Part shown: one piece after another, positions 46,721 through 54,684 of the stretch | How the letters are laid out: every line of letters begins with the position of its first letter | How positions within the stretch are numbered: the first letter of the stretch is position 1 | Assembly: GCA_944390455.1 (NCBI GenBank) | Contig: CALXPU010000002.1 | Span: 12,179-76,178 of the forward strand | Source: an uncultured Alphaproteobacteria bacterium | Lineage (GTDB): Bacteria; Pseudomonadota; Alphaproteobacteria; RF32; CAG-239 | Direction: 5' to 3' | Length of the DNA: 64,000 bases | Position numbers and translations under genes: made by a program | Notes under the pieces: generated by a model | Seen by the model: only the letters and a program-made list of their open reading frames with translations | Told to the model about the DNA's origin: nothing | Database searches by the model: none

Positions 46721-48247
46721 ATGCTGGCATTGAAGAATTTAGATTGGAAAAATTTGATGACAAAACTATGGGAGAGGTTGCCTATTGTCGCATTGGGATT
46801 AGATCTTGTTGCCGTTTTTGTTTTGTATGCGTTTATGACGGCGCATGTGCCTACCCAAAATGGAGATAATATTGAGCATATACATTCTAGTTTCTTAATT
46901 GCTCAGGGACAGGTGCCTTATCGAGATTTTTTCCAACATCATAATCCGCTTATGTGGTATTTGTTTGCGCCGTTGGTTAATTTGTTTGCTTATAATGCTA
47001 CCGTAACGGAAGTGGTGTGCTTGATTTCGTTGTTGGTGTGCTTGAAGTCTTTAGTTTATGTTTACAAAATCGGAAGTGAATTTTTATGTGATAAACGTTG
47101 GGCTTTAGTTATGGCTGCGGCTATTGTTGCCCCGAGTTATAAATTGTATGCGGTGGATTTTCGCCCTGATAATTATATGGTCTTTGCGCTGATGGGCGGA
47201 ATTTATTATTACTTTTCGTATTTGAAAGAACATAAAACATCGTCGTTGGTTATCGCTTTTGTGTGGTTCTTTATATCTTTTATGTTTGCTCAAAAAGCTG
47301 TTTTCCCCTTGTTTGTTTTGGGGTGCTCCGGACTTTATTTTTGGTATGTTAAAGAGATTAAGACAGCTGATATGTTGAAGGCTTTGGTCTTGCCGATTAT
47401 CGGAGCTGGATTGTTTGTTGCCTATCTGTGCTATTATGATATGCTGGAGCTGTATTATGCATCTAACTATACGTTTAACCTGAATTTGGTGAATGGATTT
47501 GATATGCATAAAATTGTGGAGTTGCCCCCATTTATGGCGGTTTTGGTATGGGTTGGTTTCGCTGGAATGATTGCCGCTTGCGTGTATAAAAATAAATATT
47601 GGATACTTTTAGCTGTATTATTTGTGACAGAGTTTATTCAGCGTAAATTTTATTTTTCTCCATACTCTTATTACTATTGGTTATTGATTTATTTTGCTGC
47701 TCTTTGCGGGGTACCTTTGTTGGCGCGGATAACTTTTAAAAATACGTTGTGGTTGTGGGTGTCTATTGTCGGTTTGTATTTTGTTTTTTATAAAGCAATG
47801 TTTTTTTATACCGAGGTTATTAAGGCTCAATCTGAACGTAAATATTTGCCGGATTATATAGCCAGAAGTATTAGTCCTTGTGATTATGTCTTTAATGGAG
47901 ACGGAATGATGTATAATATTTTTGGTAAAGATCCATCTTATTATTGGCAACTTATCGGACAATTGGATGTTATTGGCGAACAGACGGGAATTGCGCCAAA
48001 GCCTAATATGAATGAACTTATCTTAAAACTTAAACCTAAATTTGTTTATGGTAAGAGTTATTTTAATAAATTTTCTGATGAAAGCGGACGTATGGAAATT
48101 GTGCACTATATTGATAAAGATATTCTCAATAAATATTATGAGCCAACACGATTTTCTTCGGTTTATATGTTAAAAAAGGAATTTGATAAGCGACGTTGCG
48201 TGTATGATAAATCTACGGAACAATGGCATTTTGTGGATAAAAAATAA
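46721..48247 (+). CDS. Polytopic membrane protein, GT-C-fold (ArnT/PMT-like) glycosyltransferase candidate
   Basis: About 11 TM. The first-loop GQVPYRDFFQHHNPLMWY resembles the PY.D...HKPPL signature of ArnT-like GT-C enzymes. There is a soluble C-terminal domain. Confidence 0.45.
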   Translation: MLALKNLDWKNLMTKLWERLPIVALGLDLVAVFVLYAFMTAHVPTQNGDNIEHIHSSFLIAQGQVPYRDFFQHHNPLMWYLFAPLVNLFAYNATVTEVVCLISLLVCLKSLVYVYKIGSEFLCDKRWALVMAAAIVAPSYKLYAVDFRPDNYMVFALMGGIYYYFSYLKEHKTSSLVIAFVWFFISFMFAQKAVFPLFVLGCSGLYFWYVKEIKTADMLKALVLPIIGAGLFVAYLCYYDMLELYYASNYTFNLNLVNGFDMHKIVELPPFMAVLVWVGFAGMIAACVYKNKYWILLAVLFVTEFIQRKFYFSPYSYYYWLLIYFAALCGVPLLARITFKNTLWLWVSIVGLYFVFYKAMFFYTEVIKAQSERKYLPDYIARSISPCDYVFNGDGMMYNIFGKDPSYYWQLIGQLDVIGEQTGIAPKPNMNELILKLKPKFVYGKSYFNKFSDESGRMEIVHYIDKDILNKYYEPTRFSSVYMLKKEFDKRRCVYDKSTEQWHFVDKK

Positions 48248-48342
48248 GCAAAGTTTCGTGAGCTATTAAGCTTGTTTTAAATAAAAATTAGTATAATGTT
48301 TGAAGAGTTGGATGACACGGACTAATTATTTCAGGAGGAAAT

Positions 48343-49758
48343 ATGTCTGAAGGTAAACAAAGAAGCGGTATTTTTAAGTTTTTTTATATTGTGCTAAGTA
48401 TTATCACTTTTCCGATTTTTGTAATCTTGTTTATTTTGAGACATCCATTTTGGATATTGTTTTTGTTGTGTCTTGCGGCTGGTGGAGCTGCTTATTATCC
48501 GATTAGTCAAGGGGTTAAACCAGAAGAGGTTATTTCTTGGTATCAGAAGAAGTATCAAGATATTAAATTTGAAGTTGTGACGAATGCTGTAGAAAGTGGT
48601 AAAACTGATTTGATTCCTCAGGCGATTGTTGATGAAGTTGTTAAAACAAAGCAAAAAATGGAAGAGGAAAAAGCAGAAGCAGCTCGTCCGAAGAGTGAGA
48701 ATTATAATGAAAATATTAGCAGAGATAAAAAGGTTGAAGAAGTTAAAATTGATTTGAAAAAACGTAAAGGCGGATTCAAGAAGAAAGTAGCAACCGAAAA
48801 TGGAAAAGAGGTAGATGGAACATCTGAAAATGTTTCAGTTCAAAAGAATGATGAGATAACTTTAGATGTCAAAACATTATCAGCCGGGGGGTTAGCAGGA
48901 GTGTTGTCTGAGGCATCTGACGAAAATACGCAACAACAAAATGTATCCGCTCCTGTTGTTCAAGAAAGGGATGGAAATATTTCCGGACCGACATTTACGG
49001 AAAAAAATGATGAAGAAGTAAAAGAACAGCTTGAGGCTTTACCTCAAAAAGAGGACATTCAGGCAAAGTCAGAAAAAAAGGAAGAAAAAGCCCTCTCTCG
49101 TGATGAGAATGTCGTCATACCTCAGTTGCCATCTGAGGAAAAAGCTATTCCATCGTTGTTGCCGAATAAAGTTGAAGAAGTTTCAGTAAAAGAGGAACAT
49201 GCTGTTGAGGAGGTTTCTGATGGGGCAGCTGTACCAACTTTATTGCCACAAGAAGGTAACGCAATTTTGTCTGATGATGCATTGGCTGAGGAAACAGAAA
49301 AGAAAGATGAGAGTTTGAATATAAATCAAAGCGAAGGACTTTCTCCTCAAATGCAAACTCAACAACAGGTTCAGCCACAGCCATCTGTTGTTACAGAAGA
49401 AAATGATGTGCCGATGTTGCTTCCTAATACACAGGCGGTAGAGGAAGAGGCTAAAGCTGATGATGTAGAAAAAGCATCTCAGCCACAGTCATCTGCGGTT
49501 ACGGAAGAAAATGATGTACCGATGTTGCTTTCTAATACACTGGCGGTGGAAGGAGAGGCTAAAGCTGATGATGTAGGAAAAGTATCTCAGCCACAGCCAT
49601 CTGCGGTTACAGACAAAAGTGATGTGCCAATGTTGCTTCCTAATACGCCAACGGTGGAAGGAGAGGCTAAAGTTGATGAAACAGAAAAAGCATCTCAGCC
49701 ACAGCCTGTAGATGATATTTTTTCTGATGAAGCTTTTGAAGATTTGAAATTGTTTTAG
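48343..49758 (+). CDS. Membrane-anchored acidic repeat protein (471 aa)
   Basis: Two N-terminal TM helices, then a long Glu/Lys/Pro-rich low-complexity region ending in 3 x 36 aa repeats. Confidence 0.65.
   Translation: MSEGKQRSGIFKFFYIVLSIITFPIFVILFILRHPFWILFLLCLAAGGAAYYPISQGVKPEEVISWYQKKYQDIKFEVVTNAVESGKTDLIPQAIVDEVVKTKQKMEEEKAEAARPKSENYNENISRDKKVEEVKIDLKKRKGGFKKKVATENGKEVDGTSENVSVQKNDEITLDVKTLSAGGLAGVLSEASDENTQQQNVSAPVVQERDGNISGPTFTEKNDEEVKEQLEALPQKEDIQAKSEKKEEKALSRDENVVIPQLPSEEKAIPSLLPNKVEEVSVKEEHAVEEVSDGAAVPTLLPQEGNAILSDDALAEETEKKDESLNINQSEGLSPQMQTQQQVQPQPSVVTEENDVPMLLPNTQAVEEEAKADDVEKASQPQSSAVTEENDVPMLLSNTLAVEGEAKADDVGKVSQPQPSAVTDKSDVPMLLPNTPTVEGEAKVDETEKASQPQPVDDIFSDEAFEDLKLF
49372..49707 (+). 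repeat. In-frame tandem repeat, 108 bp x 3 plus a partial copy
   Basis: cagccacag... unit starts are at 49372, 49480, 49588 and 49696, exactly 108 bp apart. The peptide unit is QPQ[PS]S[VA]VTEENDVPMLLPNT.AVE.EAKADDV.K.S. Confidence 0.9.
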
Positions 49759-49979
49759 TCAGATTGGTTGGCAATTTTTTCTAAGAGTTTTTCCAATACA
49801 TATAGTCTTAGAGCTGAAGATAAATTCGGATTGGTTCTGGTTTGATCTATTTCGGTTATTAGCTGTTTGATAGATATATTTTGTTCAGAGGCTAATTTAC
49901 AGAGCTCTGTGTAAAACTCTTCTTCTAATGATATACTTGTTGCGTGTCGGTGGGCGATTTCCACAGAGTATTTACGCAT
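49755..49979 (-). CDS. Ribbon-helix-helix (RHH_4-like) protein
   Basis: HATSISLEEEFYTELCKLASEQNISIKQLITEID.....NLSSALRLYVL matches the RHH_4 pattern. Its ATG overlaps the sspB stop (TAATG). Confidence 0.7.
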   Translation of the reverse strand: MRKYSVEIAHRHATSISLEEEFYTELCKLASEQNISIKQLITEIDQTRTNPNLSSALRLYVLEKLLEKIANQSD

Positions 49980-50443
49980 TATTTTTTCTTTCTGAAACTG
50001 TCAAATGAAATAATTTGTGCGCTTTCTCCGGATACTTTCTTTTCAGGTTCCAAGTCTTCTAATGAATGGACGTCTCCGTTCTCATAGAAAGAAAAACTCA
50101 ATCCAAATTTGGCATACGGATCAGCAAAATAAGTAATCGAATCGAAAGGAATTACTAATGTTTCTAATTGACCGCCAAAGCTTAAAGAAACGGAGAAACT
50201 TGTATCGTCAACGATAAGGTTTGAGTATTGATGTTGTAGCACAATCGTCATGCTATCCGGATATTGTATTTTTAAATTGTTGGGAACAATTGCTCCCGGA
50301 TAAGATGTCTTGAAAGTTATATAAAAATGATTTTCTCCAGGTAAACCTTGAAATTCAGCAATTTTTAAAGCTTCAATTACAACTTGCTTTAAAGATTTTT
50401 CTATCAACTTGTCATAGTTTATTTCATCTACAAATTCTGTCAT
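49979..50443 (-). CDS. sspB: ClpXP adaptor SspB (alphaproteobacterial type)
   Basis: GENHFYITFKT..PG...P..L...YPDSMTIVLQHQYSNL.V....F.VSLSFGG..E.LVIPF..I..FADP, with an acidic/basic C-terminal tail. Confidence 0.78.
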   Translation of the reverse strand: MTEFVDEINYDKLIEKSLKQVVIEALKIAEFQGLPGENHFYITFKTSYPGAIVPNNLKIQYPDSMTIVLQHQYSNLIVDDTSFSVSLSFGGQLETLVIPFDSITYFADPYAKFGLSFSFYENGDVHSLEDLEPEKKVSGESAQIISFDSFRKKK

Positions 50444-50464
50444 TCTTAAGGCTTTCTTTTCTTA

Positions 50465-50790
50465 TCCAATTATACAAAATGAGCCGTTCTGTTGCTAGGT
50501 GGCTCAAACCCCACTTTCGACTAACCATAGTTAAAAGAATTTAATTTGTTGCTTTGCCTTATGCAGCTACAGCAACTGGTGCAAAATTATCATTTGCGTT
50601 TATTTGTTTTGATCCGATAACGGTGGTATCTCACCGAATACAGCTCTATATCTTTACTATACACTGTCTAACCTGTTTCACCCCCGTGAAAGTTTTGGTG
50701 GAGGTGCCGGGTACCGCCCCCGGGTCCAATATATCTATTTCATACGGCTTTTCGTATCATAGTTTGCAGTTGCCTGACAAACTTCTTTTA
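50465..50790 (-). ncRNA. ssrA: tmRNA (ssrA), circularly permuted two-piece form; outer boundaries approximate (+/-30 nt)
   Basis: On the minus strand, the acceptor piece ends ...CCGGG-GGCGGUA-CCCGG-CACCUCC-A-CCA (CCA at 50698-50696). A 10 nt loop follows. The coding piece then starts GGGGGUG (50685-50679), which pairs with CACCUCC and includes a G3:U70 pair. Downstream is the tag ORF GCA AAT GAT AAT TTT GCA CCA GTT GCT GTA GCT GCA TAA. Confidence 0.82.
50559..50597 (-). other. tmRNA tag reading frame ANDNFAPVAVAA-stop
   Basis: Direct reverse-complement translation. The resume codon GCA is at 50597-50595 and the TAA stop at 50561-50559. Confidence 0.85.
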
Positions 50791-50939
50791 GTATAGTGTT
50801 TCTTTTTTTTAAATTCAAGTTTTATCGTGAGGCTCTGTTTTATTTTTGAAAAAAATTGTCTTTTTGTTTTTAATTAAGTTTTTATTTAGTAATGCGGGAT
50901 TATTTTATTTAAAAGTTTAATTTTTGTTTAGAGGGAATA

Positions 50940-53591
50940 ATGACCGAAGGTGTTAATCAACCATTGGTGTTGAAAAAGAATAGTAAGTCTAGTCGTTTTG
51001 CAAGTTGGTCAGGTGATGCCAACCGTTTTTATGATAAATTTTTACGTGCTTTCTATCTTTTTTTGTTGTTTGCAATTGATTTGGTGATGTTCGTCTATTC
51101 CATTAATGCCAAATTGATTGAAAATGGTGTGTTTAATCAGGCCGTGTTGGCTGTCTTTGGTGGATTGTTTGTATTCTTTTTTGTGCTTATTCTGTTTTTA
51201 TCTTTTTCAAAAGATATTCAAAATGGTGTGTGCGCATTGTTTACCATGCTCTTTATTGTTATCTTTTTTAATCAATTTGCTCTGTTTAATGTAGATACCT
51301 TTATTGAAGAGTGGTTAGAGAAGAAAGCAAGCTGGTTGACATTTATTTGTATTATACCTTCTTCTTGGTTGTTAGGTTTGCTTATCGGGGTGATTATCTT
51401 TTTTGCATTTCGTTCTACATTTGCCATGTTGTTTGTAACCATGGTTTTGCTTTTTGCAGCGCTTATCGGAATTAAGAAAAATGAGTTTTTACCGGCACCT
51501 AAGTCTAGCTATAGTGAAATTAAGTCTTTGGGAAGTAAAAGTGGGGCGGAAAGAAATGGAAATCTGGTTTATTTTATGTTGCCTAAGTTTCCGTCTTATC
51601 AGTTGTTGAGTAATGTGCGTGATCATAATTTTAGAGAACTTCGAGATTTGATGGTGGGATTTTATGCCGTTAATAATTTTGAAATTTATCCGAATGCTTT
51701 TGTTAAAAAAGATGATACCGTCAGCAATATGATTGATATTTTTAATCAGATTGATTACACGAGTTCTGCTAGTGGACATCGAGCTTATTCCGAGTTTATC
51801 AATAATTGGGATTTTATTCATGGCGGTTTGGATTACTTTATGTTGGAAGAGAATCGTTTATATGATTATCTGAAAGAAAGTGGATACGGTATTAGTACTT
51901 ATGCAATGCCCGGCTTTAATACGTGTTTGAAAGCGGGGTCAATGGATACAGATAGATGTGTGGTTAAAAATTATAAAACAGTTCCTTTTTATGACAATAC
52001 CAAATCAGTGGAGCAAAATATTTATACGTTACTTACAGAATGGATTTTGAGTATAAAAGATAGAAATTTGGCTTCTGTGGCTAAAATGTTTGCCGGAATG
52101 TCTCCGTTAAAAGGAATGAAAGTTTCTGCTGAAAATAGAAGAGTATCCATGGAGGGCGCTCCTGAATTGGTTAATTTGGCGGCAGAGGATTATGCTCAGG
52201 ATAAAGGCGGACAAATTTATATGGTTTATGTAGATTTGCCATCCGATATTTATATCTATGATGAATTCTGCAATATAAAACCGAGAAAAGAATGGGTCGC
52301 TTTGAAAGATAACTCAATTCAAAATGGGGGAATTGATGAGAAACGTAAAGCGTATGCAGATCAGGCAAAGTGTCTTATCGGTAAATTACAAGAGTATATG
52401 GATGTTGTTAATGCCAGCTACAAAAATGCTAAAACAGATGTGATTGTTCAAGGTGTTAGTAATATTCGTGATTTGGCTGGAATGATGGCTGGTCGTTATG
52501 GAAATTTTGTAAAAGATCAGTTGGTTAATTTGGCTATACGTAAGGGAAAAAGACCGAAATTCTTGATTAATGCAAATATTTGTTTAGCTAGTGATTTTAC
52601 TAAAACACTTATTCGTTATCAGGATTATTGCTACTCCATTGATAATATGAAATTGAAGACTGATGAAGCTCTTAATTTGAAGCAAAATCTTATTAATAAT
52701 TCTATTATACGCGGAAGTAAGATTTCTAATATTGCGGCTAATTACCAAGATTGGTATGAAGAATATAAGCAAAACAGTCAGTCATATAAAGAGCGTATAA
52801 AAAAACAACAAGAGCGGCAACGAAAATTAGAGCAAACTAATAATGAAGTCCATGAGGAAAGGGAAGTGGTTGCTCCGCAAGCAAATCATTCTAGTAGAAT
52901 TCATAATAGTAATATTTTTGTTCCAACGGATGATTTAATTTTGGAAATGGATGAAAAAGGGGAAATCCGTTCGCTGTCTCGCCAGTTTGAAAAAAATGCT
53001 CAAAAGGATACGGAGGTTATTGTTCCCGCTACTCCTGCCACACATCCAGCAGAAGTAGCACCTGCCGCACGTCCGGCAGCAGCTGTAGAAACTCCGGCTG
53101 AGGTAGCTCCTGTGGCACAACCAGCAGCAGCTGTAGAAACACCGGCTGAAGTTGCACCTTCCGCACAACCAGCTGCAGCTGTAGAAACACCGTCTGAGGT
53201 AGCTCCTGCAGCACAACCAGTAGCAGCTGTAGAAACTCCGGCTGAAGTAGCACCTACCGCACAACCAGCTGCAGCTGTAGAAACTCCGGCTGAAGTAGCA
53301 CCTACCGCACAACCAGCAGCAGCTGTAGAAACATCGGCAGAGGTAGCTCCTGCAGCACAACCAGTAGCAGCTGTAGAAACTCCGGCCGAGGTAGCTCCTG
53401 CAGCACAACCAGCAGCAGCTGTAGAAACTCCGGCCGAGGTAGCTCCTGTAGCACAACCAGTAGCAGCTGTAGAAACTCCGGCCGAGGTAGCTCCTGCAGC
53501 ACAACCAGCAGCAGCTGTAGAAACACCAGCTGAAGTAGCTCAACCGAGCGTGTCTGATGTGGATGATAGTATTCCGACGCTTTTGCCGTAG
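50940..53591 (+). CDS. Large membrane protein (883 aa) with a C-terminal Pro/Ala/Glu/Val repeat array; the central domain may be sulfatase/alkaline-phosphatase-like (weak)
   Basis: About 5 N-terminal TM helices. The central ~450 aa has NLVYFMLPKFPS...DDTVSNM...LKESGYGISTY, reminiscent of LtaS/EptA/OpgB-type domains (by eye, weak). The C-terminus carries 10.4 x 16 aa repeats. Confidence 0.68.
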   Translation: MTEGVNQPLVLKKNSKSSRFASWSGDANRFYDKFLRAFYLFLLFAIDLVMFVYSINAKLIENGVFNQAVLAVFGGLFVFFFVLILFLSFSKDIQNGVCALFTMLFIVIFFNQFALFNVDTFIEEWLEKKASWLTFICIIPSSWLLGLLIGVIIFFAFRSTFAMLFVTMVLLFAALIGIKKNEFLPAPKSSYSEIKSLGSKSGAERNGNLVYFMLPKFPSYQLLSNVRDHNFRELRDLMVGFYAVNNFEIYPNAFVKKDDTVSNMIDIFNQIDYTSSASGHRAYSEFINNWDFIHGGLDYFMLEENRLYDYLKESGYGISTYAMPGFNTCLKAGSMDTDRCVVKNYKTVPFYDNTKSVEQNIYTLLTEWILSIKDRNLASVAKMFAGMSPLKGMKVSAENRRVSMEGAPELVNLAAEDYAQDKGGQIYMVYVDLPSDIYIYDEFCNIKPRKEWVALKDNSIQNGGIDEKRKAYADQAKCLIGKLQEYMDVVNASYKNAKTDVIVQGVSNIRDLAGMMAGRYGNFVKDQLVNLAIRKGKRPKFLINANICLASDFTKTLIRYQDYCYSIDNMKLKTDEALNLKQNLINNSIIRGSKISNIAANYQDWYEEYKQNSQSYKERIKKQQERQRKLEQTNNEVHEEREVVAPQANHSSRIHNSNIFVPTDDLILEMDEKGEIRSLSRQFEKNAQKDTEVIVPATPATHPAEVAPAARPAAAVETPAEVAPVAQPAAAVETPAEVAPSAQPAAAVETPSEVAPAAQPVAAVETPAEVAPTAQPAAAVETPAEVAPTAQPAAAVETSAEVAPAAQPVAAVETPAEVAPAAQPAAAVETPAEVAPVAQPVAAVETPAEVAPAAQPAAAVETPAEVAQPSVSDVDDSIPTLLP
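53046..53543 (+). repeat. In-frame tandem repeat, 48 bp x 10 plus an 18 bp partial copy
   Basis: The unit encodes PAEVAP[AVST]A[QR]P[AV]AAVET. By hand count one unit is 29/48 G+C, far above the surrounding AT-rich sequence. Substitutions cluster at codons 7, 9 and 11. Confidence 0.92.
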
Positions 53592-53688
53592 GTGTAAATC
53601 TTGCGAATAAAGATACTTAATGATTGAAAAAATAAGCCTGCCATTGTACAAAAATGGTAGGTTTTATTTTATTGGGGCAAATCGAACA

Positions 53689-54684
53689 ATGCTGTTTGGT
53701 AAATATATCAAAAATAAGCGGGGAAAAGCATCTCTTTTTATTCTGACGATGATTTTCTTGTTGTCGATATTTGCTGAGTTTATTGCAAATGATAAACCGA
53801 TTGTGCTGAAGTATGATAATGAATATTTTTTCCCTGTTTTTAAGGTTTATACGGATGCTCGATTTGGTGGAGATTTTCCGACAGAGGCAAACTATAAAGA
53901 TGAATTTATTCGTAAGAATATTGAACAAAATGGTTTTATGGTTATGCCGATTATTGAGTTTTCGTATAATACGGTTGATTATGAGTTAAATGAACCTTTT
54001 CCGGCAGCTCCTTCTGCGAGACATTGGTTGGGAACCGATGAAGAAGGACGGGATATTGTAGCTCGTCTGTTGTATGGTATTCGTTTATCGTTTGCTTTTG
54101 CTTTTTTGTTGACGCTACTCTCTTCTCTGTTAGGGATTTTTATTGGGGCTGTTCAGGGATATTTTGGCGGTAAAACCGATATTGTAATGCAGAGAATTAT
54201 TGAGATTTGGGAATCTATGCCGCAGATGTTTATCCTTATTATTGTCGCTAGTGTTTTTGTGCCGACGTTTTGGACGTTGTTGTTTATCTTATTGCTCTTT
54301 TCTTGGACGGAACTGACGAGTATGGTGCGGGCGGAATTTTTAAGAGCTCGTAATTTTGAATATGTTAAGGCGGCAAAAGCTATTGGAGTTAGTAATTTCC
54401 GAATTATATGGCGGCATATTTTGCCTAATGCTTTGGTTGCTACAGTTACTTTTGTTCCTTTTATTTTGGCGGGTGCTATTGTGGCTTTGACCGCTTTGGA
54501 TTTTTTAGGTTTAGGGTTGGGGCATGAATATCCTTCTTTGGGAGATTTGGTGCGGCAGGGAAAAGATAATTTACAAGCTCCGTGGATTGGCTTGAGTATC
54601 TTTTTTGTTTTATCGTTATTGTTGACGGCTCTTATTTTTGTGGGTGAAGGGGTTCGTGACGCGTTGGATAAGAGGAAACTATGA
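53689..54684 (+). CDS. yejE: ABC transporter permease, YejE-like (oligopeptide/microcin C type)
   Basis: Co-linear with E. coli YejE: ..FIANDKPIVLKYDNEYFFPVF.., WLGTDEEGRDIVARLLYG, VRAEFLRARNFEYVKAAKAIGVS. Start at 53689 (MLFGKY); the upstream ATG at 53620 is less likely. Confidence 0.88.
   Translation: MLFGKYIKNKRGKASLFILTMIFLLSIFAEFIANDKPIVLKYDNEYFFPVFKVYTDARFGGDFPTEANYKDEFIRKNIEQNGFMVMPIIEFSYNTVDYELNEPFPAAPSARHWLGTDEEGRDIVARLLYGIRLSFAFAFLLTLLSSLLGIFIGAVQGYFGGKTDIVMQRIIEIWESMPQMFILIIVASVFVPTFWTLLFILLLFSWTELTSMVRAEFLRARNFEYVKAAKAIGVSNFRIIWRHILPNALVATVTFVPFILAGAIVALTALDFLGLGLGHEYPSLGDLVRQGKDNLQAPWIGLSIFFVLSLLLTALIFVGEGVRDALDKRKL

Noticed and set aside
50554-50796. 80 aa plus-strand ORF in the sspB-to-883 aa gene intergenic region.
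   Set aside because: It lies antisense to the tmRNA gene. The tRNA-like acceptor end, the G3:U70 stem and the canonical tag ORF on the minus strand explain the region better.
53046-53543. Possible CRISPR array or diversity-generating retroelement target, given the regular repeats.
   Set aside because: The repeats are directly abutting with no unique spacers, and they are in frame within a CDS. No cas genes, reverse transcriptase or template repeat occur in the window. The substitutions are not adenine-specific.
53029-53651. Long minus-strand ORFs (238, 74 and 74 aa) across the 48 bp repeat array, with repetitive Cys/Leu-rich translations.
   Set aside because: They are antisense shadows produced by the periodic repeat. 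The plus-strand frame is continuous with an 883 aa protein that has a proper N-terminus, so the plus frame is the coding one.
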